64,000 nt of DNA from Lingula anatina. Lineage: Eukaryota > Animalia > Brachiopoda. Position numbers and translations under genes: made by a program. Of this stretch, positions 30,901 to 64,000 are shown in pieces. Numbering within the stretch: the first letter of the stretch is position 1; each line of letters begins with the position of its first letter. Below the pieces are notes generated by a model, which worked only from the letters and a program-made list of their open reading frames with translations, did no database searches and was not told the origin of the DNA. Where the stretch lies: contig CM120640.1 in NCBI GenBank assembly GCA_051362555.1, positions 49,826,788 through 49,890,787 of the forward strand, written 5' to 3'.

Positions 30901-33045
30901 GTTTATTGAACATATTTACATTTCTTAGTTTTCTCAACCAAAATTCCTCCCAAATTATTAAACCAATTTTTAAAACTTTTTTGTCTTGTTTTCTTAGGAA
31001 TTTGAAGATCTGGATGAAATTATAGCTCGACATATTCAACCCATGGCAGCTTTTGCTAGAGACATCATAAACTTCAAGTATTACAAAGAGGTTGAAGGTG
31101 GAAAGAGGGAAAATATTGAAAAGATTCTTATTGAGGAGAAGAAAAAGGGACCTTCAAAGTAAAGATTGTTTATTATTTTACAGATAATTTACAGATAAAC
31201 AGCAAACTTAATTACCTTGATAACTTTGTTAAATTTGTATGGAAAGGTTTAATTTAAATAATTCTTAGCAATTGTGTGATAATTTTTGATTTGAATTGTA
31301 TAGATGATATACAAAATTGGATGCCTAATTTTTAGGTGTCCAATTTGTTTTAGTTATTTGCTTGGAAAACACCAACTGATACTTTTTTTCTGTTTTCAAG
31401 GATCCCATACTACTTCAGTGTGGCCAAGGAATTACCTGGGAAGTTTATGCTATCCTACCTGCCTAGGACCAAACCTAAGCATGAGTTTGTCACTGTGACA
31501 CCAGATGGCATGAGGTACAGGGGCCAGGTGTTCCATTCACTCAACTCTCTTATTAAATGGTTCAAAGAACACTTCAGGGATCCACCACCAGGTTAGTTGA
31601 GTTGGTCTGTTAGTATACCAGTCATGTCAATTGAATGTGCAGTAACAGTATTGAGCCGGGAGTGTTTTTACATATGTAATGTAGTTAAAAACTATATAAT
31701 GTTTCTTGTTTGCCTCTTTGCTTCCCATTTCTTATATTGTCAGATATTATGTTTGTATTGCCTTAATTACCAGAAAAATATGAAATAGTTATTGAATTAT
31801 TTTAGGCACTCCAGCATCTACGAGAACTCCACTTGGTCTGGCAGCTACACCAAGTATTAACCTGCATGGTATGTTATAAGAAATTGATATTTTTATAAAT
31901 TCTCACTGCTGTCCAAATTACTTGGAATTGTGAAATTTTTAATAGTCTCAGTATAGATATGAGCAGTCATGTAAAAAACTTTTTGCCTTCTTGTAAATGT
32001 TTAAATTTTGATTGGATGTATTCATATATACTTTATCTTGAGCCAAACATATGCATATGCTTTATTATATCCAACTAATTCATTACATTTCTATTGCACA
32101 GGTGTGGATGCAGCCACCCTGAGGCAGGCGGCCGCAGGACTGCCCAGTAACATATACAGCACCCTGGCCCAGGTAGCAGGTGCCACCCCCAGGGCCACAC
32201 CCCAGATAGGATCCACCCCACAGTCCTACCAGACTGCCAGGAACTTTGCAGGGGGATATAGTGGAGGCTATAACCTGGTGAGTTGGCTCTTTTCAGTCAA
32301 ACAAGGAGACTTGCACTTCATGATGTGATAATTATTGAACTGAACATGTTCCTTGTAGTAAAAGAAAGTAGAAGATGTAATTTTATTTATTATTGTAGTA
32401 ATCCCTTTCACAATGCTTTTATCAAGGTTTTACTTTGTTATGATGCATTTGCTAATTCTTTGATTTTACATGCAGTCCACATATCTGTACTGGTTTTTTC
32501 AGCAACCAACAGCTACTCCACTGTTGACACCCATGATGACTCCATCATACCACACAAGTCAGGGTCTGGGGACCACACCCCTATACCAGCCAACCCCTAG
32601 GACATCCAACTGGCCTGGGAATACCCCACGGCAACAGGCCAGTGCCACCACTCCCAGGGTCCACCCTGCTACCACACCCAGGCAGCAGCCAGGGTTAACC
32701 CCCAGGCAACAACCTGGCATCACCCCTCGCCAGCAACCAGGGTTAACACCCAGACAATCTGGCATGACACCCAGGCACTCACACTCACATACAAGTACCA
32801 CACCCAGGCAATCTGGTGCCACGCCCACTAGAACCCATGGGTCATCATCTGGGTCCACCCCCAGTGGTAGGACACCCACTCACTCCAGTCGCTCTAGCAG
32901 CAAGGCTGCCACTGTGACTGACTGGGCCAAGGCAGCAGAGATGTGGGCTAAGAAACGTGCCAACCAGGGCTACAAGACGCCCCAGTCTGATGTAGGTAGT
33001 ACCACACCTGCTGGGGACTCTACACCACTTATTGATGAAAGGTGA
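15938..33045 (+). CDS. SUPT6H: Transcription elongation factor / histone chaperone SPT6
   Basis: About 36 GT-AG exons from ATG 15938 (MSDFMDDEA, acidic N-terminus) to TGA 33043-33045. Conserved blocks: [113 protein letters not shown], the tandem SH2 region ([18 protein letters not shown]), and the C-terminal DWAKAAEMW...[12 protein letters not shown] likely non-coding first exon ends at ~14646 (CAG|GTATGT). Confidence 0.97.
16313..16327 (+). other. 15-nt frame-preserving microexon of SPT6 (encodes DEAED)
   Basis: tctttttag|ATGAGGCAGAGGATG|gtatgt. Phase 1-1, matching the flanking exons, and acidic like its context. Confidence 0.7.
20498..24029 (+). mobile_element. Non-autonomous Helentron/HINE (DINE-1-like) element with an internal satellite, in an SPT6 intron
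   Basis: Perfect 15-bp subterminal inverted repeats: TATTGTACCACCAGC (20498-20512) and GCTGGTGGTACAATA (23982-23996). The 5' short IR forms a hairpin (20501-20530), followed by a 9-bp GC-rich minisatellite (~20558-20609). The 3' end has a stem-loop GAGGCG-gtat-CGCCTC (24001-24016) and a CTAG terminus (24026-24029). Insertion is into a T-run with no evident TSD. Confidence 0.85.
21515..23835. repeat. 146-bp tandem repeat (satellite-like) array in two blocks inside the Helentron-like element
   Basis: Unit starts (TATCTCCAAAACTGG) at 21515, 21661, 21807, 21953, 22099, 22245, 22391, 22537 and 22683. A copy of the pre-array flank follows (22838-23127, matching 21225-21514). Further units start at 23128, 23274, 23420 and 23566, with a diverged unit at ~23711. 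Confidence 0.97.
30464..30509. repeat. 23-bp perfect tandem duplication (intronic)
   Basis: ACAGTTAATGTAGTATCTGAATG x2. Confidence 0.9.
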
Positions 33046-35249
33046 TCAGCTGCCAGGTATGAAACTGGGAGATATTTCAGCTGGCTTGCTGATTCCACAG
33101 GCATAATTAATGGAATAGGAGGTTTTATAAGACATGCATTAGAGGATTGGTGTCAAAGGCAGAGGATCAATATAATAGCATTAACTGGAGGAGCTCCCAA
33201 GGAGTGCTATTAGTTGAAACTAACTGTTAGATGTATTTCTTTTTTTCAAAGGAACAAAACAAAATCAAAGTTATGATTTATGGCTATTCAGTTGTTTCAA
33301 GAGAGCTATTTTGTATGCATTCAATGAACTTTTTTTGCATTTTTTTAAAAATATAAATACTTAAAAGTTGATGTGAATGCAGACTGCTATGTATTTTATG
33401 TAGAGTAAAAAAGAAAAGATAAAACATCCAATGATGATTTGATTCACATTTTGCTACATTTTTGTAGTTATGAAATAATTTTTTAAATATTTGTACAGTC
33501 AGTTTGATATTGAGGAATGATAATGTGGAAACTGCAGAAAACAAATGATGTAAAAATTGAGATGAGCTTTGCGAAAATACAAAAACTACAAAATGTCATC
33601 AGTCTCAAGGCTTTCCTCCAATAAGTGTGAAAAAGCTATTGTTATCATGACACTATTTGAAGAAAATGACAACTTTGAACTTCAAACCAAATATAGTTTC
33701 GGCATCTAGATATTAACTTGAATATCAATATCAAGATTTAATGCTAAATAAATACATTGGTAGATATTTATTTGATTTTCTAATGGATCAACCTGGGTCA
33801 TCAGGACATAGTGTTTGCAATAGAGATGCATGCACAAATTCATTTAAAGAAGAGATCTTTTCCCCCAAACAGTCATGGTTTATTATATGGGATGAGCCTT
33901 TGAACCATATGATTGCATATGCCACATGCATTTATACAGCAATATTTGATTTTGTAGAAACAATACATAAATCCATGAATACATAGGTGTATATATATTT
34001 CAAACATTTACATCAGAACAAAATGAATTCAATCAAATATCCATTTCATTATTCTTGTATATACATGGCATAGTATCCTCCATTGCACTGGATTAATTGT
34101 TTGCATTACAAATTTTGAAATAAGGAAATGTAATTTATAAACAATTAAATGCATGAATGGCTCTCGGATGTTAGTCCAAGATTAATAGTCCACCAGTGTG
34201 CAAAAACTAATATTTAAGAACTGCAAATCAAGTCAATTTATTGAGTTATAAGAATAAGTCAAATGCAATACCAATAAACTATTCATGCTTTAAAAAAATT
34301 ACAATCAATCCAGATTGCATTATATGTAAATTTTCATCTCTTAAAAAGATAACAAAAAATTAAAAAGTTTGAAATGACCAGCAGAGATAATTGTTTTAAA
34401 GAAAAATAAAAAAATCTGGCCAATGAAATCTGAATCACATCCAGGGCTCATTAAATATACAGAGCCAATTATCACAGCTGGATACAGATGGAACTATTCC
34501 TAACTATTATGTCTTCATAACTATCCCTAGATGTACCTCTAAATCTACACTATTGCACTTTGATTACATACTTATAAGTATGGGTAGTGGGGCTAAGGAG
34601 AAGAAACTAAAGCATTCCAGACTTGTAGCAAATTAACCTTATGGCTTCTTTTGTTCTTTCCAATACAATATCCTTTTTTCTTGGTTATGATCATACACTA
34701 TGTTAAAAGATACACATGTATAAATGAGTGGTAAAACAATTTCAAGCACTAGGATAACAGCTTCCAATGGAGAAAATATATAAACAATTTGAATTGGTTG
34801 TCAGCATTTTTCAAACTGGAGTAAGGGACAAAATAATCTTTTTGACAAAATACTGCATTATTTTACATTTGTTAAGTACAGACTGGAGTATAAATACTGT
34901 TTGACCTATTATGCAGCAATTCATGCTTTGGTGGACATCATAATCCAAATGATTTTATATCATTTCAATGCTGCTATTCCTTTTTGACAAAACTTGAATA
35001 GGATTCAGATTTCCCGTTTACCCTTTTGTTCTTACACATTTAAAAGCAAGTTTTTCATGTCTTTCTCCACTCAGTTTAATTCACTTGCTTAAAGCACTGG
35101 TTTTGGATTTGCAGGACCACTTCTGCATGCACAATAGTTCCACATCAACTCACACTTTCAAGAAGACAACACAGAAGAGCTGTTAGTGACCAAACATCCA
35201 TAAGAAGATTGACAAGGAACATGCTTAAGTTGTCTCACAACACATCCTT

Positions 35250-57041
<21,792 letters not shown>

Positions 57042-57139
57042 ATCCCATAGCAAAGTCGGCTAAAAGTTCATCCGTACAAAGTTTTCTAAATAATACGTCG
57101 ACTTCTCTGGCAAACATCGAAACTAACTAGGCCATGACC

Positions 57140-57160
57140 CGCCATATTTAATCATGTGAC
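57140..57160 (-). promoter_or_regulatory. USP32 proximal promoter motifs: YY1 site and M-box/CLEAR-like E-box
   Basis: CGCCATATT (57140-57148) matches the YY1 consensus CGCCATnTT. TCATGTGAC (57152-57160) matches the MiT/TFE M-box. Both lie ~100-120 bp upstream of the ATG. Confidence 0.45.
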
Positions 57161-57394
57161 CTATATATCTCCAATATTGCGCCAGAGAGCCAAAACATCA
57201 ACAAGTGTCTGGGAGCTCAACTACCACAATGTGTGCTGTTTTGCGGCTGGGAATGCACTAGCATTGGTACGACTACTTTCTATCTCATATGCACCCTGGT
57301 GTAGGGGTTCTACACTGCACTTTTTGCCTCGAACAATAAACGAAGCCTGTGGAATGCCACCTTTTCCTAATATGGAGTGCTTTCAATGGACTAG

Positions 57395-57692
57395 CAGGGC
57401 CGGATCCAGAATTATTTGAAGGGGGGGGGGCGATTTTTAGGAATGACAGGCATCGAATACGAAGCCGACCCTCGGCCCCCTTGTGGTGAAATTCGGGGCC
57501 CGCTGAAGGGCTCCAAAATATTTTGGTGTTTTGGTGGGCAAACGATGCCATTTGGAACAGTTAAGAACTATAAAGCAGCTAGTCACAATTCGTATTCCCA
57601 GAGGGGAATATATATTAGTGTGATTATTTTTTCAGAAACCCAAGGGGGGGGGGGGTCAGGAACCCCCTGAAAACCCTCTAAATCCGCATTTG
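57395..57692. mobile_element. ~300-bp MITE upstream of USP32
   Basis: Imperfect TIRs CAGGGCCGGATCCAGA and TCTAAATCCGCATTTG (10/16 match), with subterminal G-runs. The direct repeat GACTAG flanks both ends (57389-57394, 57693-57698) and is extendable to TGGACTAG. Confidence 0.65.
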
Positions 57693-60600
57693 GACTAGGG
57701 GTAAAAGGAGTGGTGCTGCATTACACCCACCCTGAGTATCAGAGGACACCGAGCACATCCTCCATTCTCTTCCGTTTCCACTCTAGTAGTAGATACGTAG
57801 CCTATAGATGTGTTTCCACTGAATTCAAGGTCCTCTTGCCCCTTTTCGGCATAAAATCCACACTTTCACCGTAGTGGTGGGGGAGGGGGTTCAGCGGAAG
57901 CATATACTATGTACTATATGATATAGAGACGATCAAACGGAGGGAACCTAGTGCCAGTAGGGCCTAGAGTGGGTTTAATTAATCCATTAATTAAGACGCA
58001 GTTTGTTACTGTATAACTATTTTGACTGTTATTGTTTCCTCTTAAGTTTTTGTCTTTTTCTGTTTCTTTTTCCCTCAACAAATGGCAGTTGCAATAGATG
58101 TGTAGGCCTACATGTATGCACCTGTTCCAGTGTAAACGTTGTGTTCCTTTATATTATAATTTATGACTTTATAGATAAGCACAGACAATTTTTTTTATGA
58201 ATAAAAGGTTTCTTTATGAAGTTATGATGTTTCAACCTTTTTCTTACCTAAACATTTAAAAAATATCTTTTAAAAGCTGTATTTCATGACAAATATTACA
58301 TCCTATAGCATGTAAGCCAATAAAGACCTATGCTGAATCGAAAAGGTACCGGTTTGCTGAAAGGCGTAATTTTTTTTACATGGCAGTTGTGGTCTAGCTA
58401 TCTCATCAGGTCTCAAGCCATCAATTTTAGAAGGCCTTTTACCGATAAAGTAGACAATTTCGCTTTCTTAGAGACCGAACTTGAGAAAAGACACCTGGAT
58501 CAAATTTCGATTTAGAGCGTACATGTACCTATTCCGGTCAAAAGTGAAGTCTTTTCGAGCCCTCCAAGCCCCCTCTGAGTACGGGCTAGCATGCTTACAA
58601 CCTGTTCAAACCTAAGGCTTCGGAAAGATAGTGGGAGAAGTGTCAGTATCTTCAAAAAAAGAAGACTGTGATTGGTTTTTGAAGGGGTTCACAAGGGTTC
58701 GTGCCCCCTCTCCCCTCCTTCGATCTTTTATCTTAACTGATACTGGAAGCGTTTTCTACACTTTTAAGTTTTCCCTGCCGTCACCCCACCACCTAATTTT
58801 GCAAGCAAACAAAGGGTTGCACCGCAATCTGTAAGATATACGTCTATATTTAACAAACTGGATTTTTCTTATATTTTTCATACTAGTACCTTCCCATTTA
58901 TCAAGACTTAAATAGCTTCCGTCTGTTTTAAAACAAAAGGTCTTTGACTAATAAATTATACTTTTCAAATATAAAGTTATCACCTGTGCAACAAAGAGAT
59001 AACAAATACGAGATTGATTATACAAAAAAATGAAATACTGCTAAAAGAACGACAGCAGTCACATTCCAATGACAAGTTCCTTTAAATTTCCATTAAGCTC
59101 CCATAAATCTATACTATTGGAATTGTCGAGCCTTTTAATAGATGCGCGTGTAGGGTATCGTTCACAAACCTGTCAGGCAAGTTTCCCATAAGGTGAACGC
59201 ATATATGCTAATTCGTGAACTGTAAGCACGCTGTTAGCATTGTTTGAGTTGTGCTAGTAGTAGGCCTAAGCCCCTTTCAGGAGTTAAGGAAGAGGTGCTA
59301 CTGGATACACGGTAGCACTGTCAGTCACAGTGACAGAGACATTGACTAAATGGAAAACTGCAATTAAATGTATTTGTGAAAAGTCTGGAGGGTTAAAGAA
59401 GATCTGTCATATCTTGAACAGGTGACCTTCTAAAGGTTTGAATACAGGTGAGTAGATCACATCGCGGGCACTGTTATTATAGTAGAAGTTTTACCTGCGT
59501 AATGTGACACCAGTAAAAACGGGTAGAGACAAACAACAAAAGGTCACGCATATAGTGTGCAGCCATATCCTATATTATATTCAACAACTTCAATCATTTT
59601 CCCCCTTAAATTCTCTGGACTGTTCATGACTTATGTTATAGCTTTGTTGTCATGTTACATGACCATTCACCATTCCATCGCCATCCCTGCCCCAAAACGC
59701 CACACCCCTCACTCCCACCCTGTAAGCCTTGTCTATCTGGTGTAATACTGTATGTTGTTTGGGTATTGCTTATGAGCGTGTGCTGACTAGCATCTTTACC
59801 TAGTAGCATATTTCTCGGACTGTATCATAAGTGGATTCCTTCAAAGGAGGCGATGGAGCCAAGGGGCATAGAAACTGGATGTTGTGTTAGATAGTGAAGT
59901 TACCAGTAGTTGACGTCAGGTCAAACCCCAGTATACAATGCATAGGCCCAGCTGGTCTCAGGAAAAGGGTGGTGTTTTCCGCCTGCGCCCTTTTTGAACA
60001 GTTAGTTTCAATAAAAGAGAGATTGTTTGCGAAACATAATGTAGTCTGAGACAAACAGGCTGTCAGACCTGAGATTTGAACAGAGCAGACGGACCAATAC
60101 GTCATCTATAAGTATAACAATACGTGTCTGCCAAATGCTTAAAAAGGGACTGCAGGCTACTGTTTATGGACATCGACCAGAACAGACAGCATGTTCAGTT
60201 TCAATGTTCAATAGCAGAAGGCATTTTTTCTGTTAAAATAGACGAGAGACAAGTACCAGTACATTACGTGACAAGGGCAACATGTCATATTCTTATTCAA
60301 TACCAAGACCCGCTCAGGTGGAACACTACCGGCAGTGTTTGGGTATGATTCACCATACACTTAATAGGTTTCAAGAAAACTATGAATTCGAAATAAATTA
60401 TTGTCAGGCTATTTACTGTTAATCTATACAGAAACTGGACACACGAGATGGCCAAGGAAAGAGTGGAAAGCTGAGATGAGGAAGTCCCACACGCGCCACT
60501 AAAACATTAACCTTACCATACCAAAAAGCGGACTGAAATCTTTTGATTTAACCTTATGTATATTTATTATAAATAATGTCATATGTTAAATTGATGTATT

Positions 60601-61249
60601 TTACAAGGTTCATTCCCGTATAAAGCTGCACACGGAAAGCCTACGTGATGAACACAATGATATTTTTACATATCCTTAAATTGAATATTCTCTCTTTGAA
60701 ACCCCTTGCGTAAACACAACGAAGTTATTTACTTAAGTGCTAAATTTAGAAAAAGGCGTCACGTTGGGTGCGTCTAAGAATTACTTTTGTAAACTGTGCC
60801 TCGCCCTTTTGAAATGTAACCGCATCTGTCTCATTTTATGTGTTTCTCCACTCTTTCAAGTTGGTCAGTTATTTGTTTATTATCATTAATCCCCCCTTTT
60901 TTAGCAAAACGAATGAAATTGGATTAATAGAATCGTTGACATTTTATGTGCACAGGAATGTGACAGGAGCGTCAAAATGTTGTCGTCGGTGTGTTAGACA
61001 GCTCACTTCATAAGCACCACAGTGTCCTTCACAACCCAATCGGTTTTCAGTCTTGTTCACATTAATCACTACTAAGTTGCCAGTTTCAGCACACTAATTT
61101 TTATATATGTATGTCTTCAAAGCACATTTCAGTTCTATCAAAATAAATCTCAGAAACAGGTTAGTAATAAAGTCGCGGTATACAAACATGATGATGACTC
61201 TGCTGCTATGGTCAAGTACATGTACATGCACTTGCGATTTCAGTTGAAA

Positions 61250-63750
61250 ATGAATGAACTCTATCTAGCTGTAGTGATACTGTGTCTTCCTCCGTGCCAT
61301 GGCCAATCCACGATAGTCCAAGAAACGTGTAATGACGGAGGGCGGAGGGCTGACGTTCAAACAGCAGGTGCCCGTGCTCTGCTTCACGGGATGACGGACT
61401 TCCACCGCCCTGGGTCTGGCACGGCAGGCTGCGGTGGCATATCAACAGGTAATCTACACAGCCGCCAACATCTAATTCCCTGATATCTTACTTACTTATC
61501 GAATTGATCGGGACTTTATATTCATAGGAGACCAACTACAGAATTACAAAAAAGGAAACTGTTTAGTAGAAGCAGGTCAATATACGTATTCTTAAATATT
61601 TCTAAAAATATTTTTATTAAAAAATAATCGACACCGTCTGTTACACAGTACACGCTATTAAATAACAAGACTCTTTATTTCAAAGAGGTAAAAAGGGATA
61701 TGCTTTTTCTATAAATGAAAATTGTTAACAGTTACAATACAGTTTCTCAAATTATCTCTCAATCTACTATAGGAAGTATGCAGTCATTTGAAGCCATGCG
61801 ATGGGCTTTGAGTCTCATCAACCAAGATTTGGATTTATATGTACCAGGCATTAAAATAGGTAAACTACATGTACTTGGTGAACAAAAAGCATGCAAATAT
61901 GATAGATAACTCGCTTTGATATCAAAATATTTTTAATCAATATCTATATAAAATGTTAATTCGAGAAAACACATCAACTAATCGTTTATAGTTTTTTACA
62001 TATACTTTTCCCCTGTACATATATGATAGATGTATAGGCCTACACTGAACATGTTAGTCCTATATCAAAACAGCTGTCGCGGAAATATATATACTGTACC
62101 GACTATAAAGATGGGCGGACAGTCTTGAGTGTGACATAATGAAGAAAAATGGATGTTTTACTGCAATAACAAATACATGAATTCCCCATAAATTCCTATT
62201 AACATGTAATTTTAGGGTTATCCATGTATGACACATGTCAAATGCAGGAGCTGGCAATTGATGGGGTGACAGAGAGTTTTCCGCAGACGATATCCCAACA
62301 GCGTTACTGTCAAACATCAAACGACACGATCACATTAGGTGAGAACAGCTGTTGTTGCTTAGTAATTTTTGGATAATATAAAATAAAAGTATTGTCCACT
62401 TGAAAAAACAGATAACGTAAACATCTAGGTTTAATGCCACTCACGCATGCCACGCCCCCGCTCCCGCGCAGCTTCACATATTTTCCCCTCAAATTAACTT
62501 ATACGAAAAATAGCTTAGATATTGTGAATACAACTTTAAGAAAAATTATTTCACGACCGTTTCATGTCTAATATTCAGGTGTACTTGGACCTCGCAATAG
62601 TGCCGAAGCTGTTCCAGTTGCAACTTTTCTGAAACAAATTCCAGTGCCTCAGGTCTCTTTTGGGGCTAGTGGTGCTATGCTAAGCGACAAATTTCGCTTT
62701 CCATACTTCCTCAGGTCCACTGCATCCGTCAACAAAGTGGTTGAGGTAATTATTCATTTAATAATTTTTTTGCACTCACAATGGTGGCTTTTAATCTCTT
62801 AGAAAACCAGCCATTTCTGCTGGACAGTACTTTCTTATGCATTCTTACATGTCTTTTAGGTGGCGGTACAAGTTTTAAAACGCCTGCAGTGGGACTACGT
62901 AGTTCTTGTTCATTCCAAGGACGGCGATGGGAATAGTGGTATGGAGACAATTAAAGACTATGCGAATCAGAACAAGATATGCATCACTGCCGTACTTTCA
63001 GTAGACGCGTCCTCGAACTCCTCGGAGCTACAGTCAGTGTTATCCAGTGCCCTTTCCACAGGAGCAACAGGTGTGGTGTACGTCGGAGATGCTGAGGCAG
63101 TTAAAAAACTTTTTCAGGAAGGGGGAAGTGGAAGAGTTAGTGACAGCGGGCAGTTACAATGGCTTGTCGTAGGAGGCGCCGGCCTAGCACTGAAGGGTCT
63201 TCAATCTTTAACTTACGCCCGGGGTGCCATTGTAGTAAAACCAGGCGGTCCTATCGTTACAGAGTTTGAGGATCACTGGGTTGCCATTAACCCAGAAAAT
63301 CCATCAAGTGAAAATCCTTTTTATAAAGACTGGTATATGACTGTTAACCAGTGCAAACTGCCAGGAGTGACCAACGCGCCATTTAGAAATTTGCCCACTT
63401 GCAACATTCCCTCCCAACAGACAAGAAGATCAGAGTTTGAACAAGACGCCCAAGTCCTTTCCGCCATACACGCCATCTTTACGTATGCTAAAGCCTTGAA
63501 AAACGCACAGCGTGCAAAATGCGGGGCCGGTGCCAACGGTGTTTGTGAACAACTGCGCCAAATGTTGGCAAATGAATTCTTCGAAAACTACCTGAAGAAG
63601 ACGAACTTTACCTACAGTTCAGAGGAGAAAATCCCGTCCCTCACTACTGGTATACAGAGAGTACGCTATAACGACCATGGCGATATTATTGATGTTGACA
63701 TTGACATTTTCAATTACAATAACAGAATTGGTAACTTTCAAAGTCAGCAG
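61250..63750 (+). CDS. Class C GPCR / mGluR-like protein: signal peptide plus Venus flytrap domain, 3'-truncated by the window edge
   Basis: Exons ~61250-61448, 61773-61859, 62216-62338, 62579-62745, 62860-63750 join in frame. They give the signal peptide MNELYLAVVILCLPPCHG, EAMRWALSLIN, PGIKIGLSMYDTC, GVLGP, VPQVSFGAS, LSDKFRFPYFLRST, LQWDYV, ICI, NPFYKDWY...C and C...GVC. A probable 5'UTR intron lies at 61160-61243. No TM region falls in the window. Confidence 0.88.
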
Positions 63751-64000
63751 GTAAGACTTTTTCTAAAGCACTATATCTGGTATAGTGCTATGAAAAAAGT
63801 CAGCAGATTAGACTTTTTTCAAAACACTATACCAGGCATGTTTTAAAAAAAGACAACAGTTCAGATTAACGAATATCAAGTTGGTTCTTTAAAGAACTCA
63901 AAAATAGTTCTGAGAAAATACAAAACTGGACAGCGAACGTAACATGATATTATGCTGCCTTTTTATTTGAGCAATTACACTACCCTATTTTCATAATAAT

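Noticed and set aside
32559-32879. Antisense Gly/Val/Cys-repeat ORF
   Set aside because: Shadow of the SPT6 TPR-repeat exon.
57700-61100. Short ORFs and GC-richer patches between USP32 and the class C GPCR
   Set aside because: No recognisable protein motifs, spliceable frame or RNA gene. Probably regulatory DNA and decayed repeats.

Overview
AT-rich, intron-dense animal genomic DNA. It is most likely lophotrochozoan/molluscan, inferred from the gene families and repeat types. Six protein-coding genes are visible: the 3' part of a CaMKK (+); a complete AidB/ACDH-11-type acyl-CoA dehydrogenase (-), head-to-head with a complete SUPT6H/SPT6 (+); a complete USP32 (-); an intronless class A GPCR nested antisense in a USP32 intron; and the 5' part of a divergent mGluR-like class C GPCR (+). 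The most striking non-coding structure is a 3.5-kb Helentron/DINE-1-like element in an SPT6 intron. It carries a 146-bp tandem array with higher-order structure and 12 perfect DR1 nuclear-receptor sites. Two small TIR elements, a tandem duplication of the ACAD 3' end, and several splice-site oddities are also present. Exon coordinates were read by eye from GT-AG boundaries and frame continuity and may be off by a few bases. No database searches were run.
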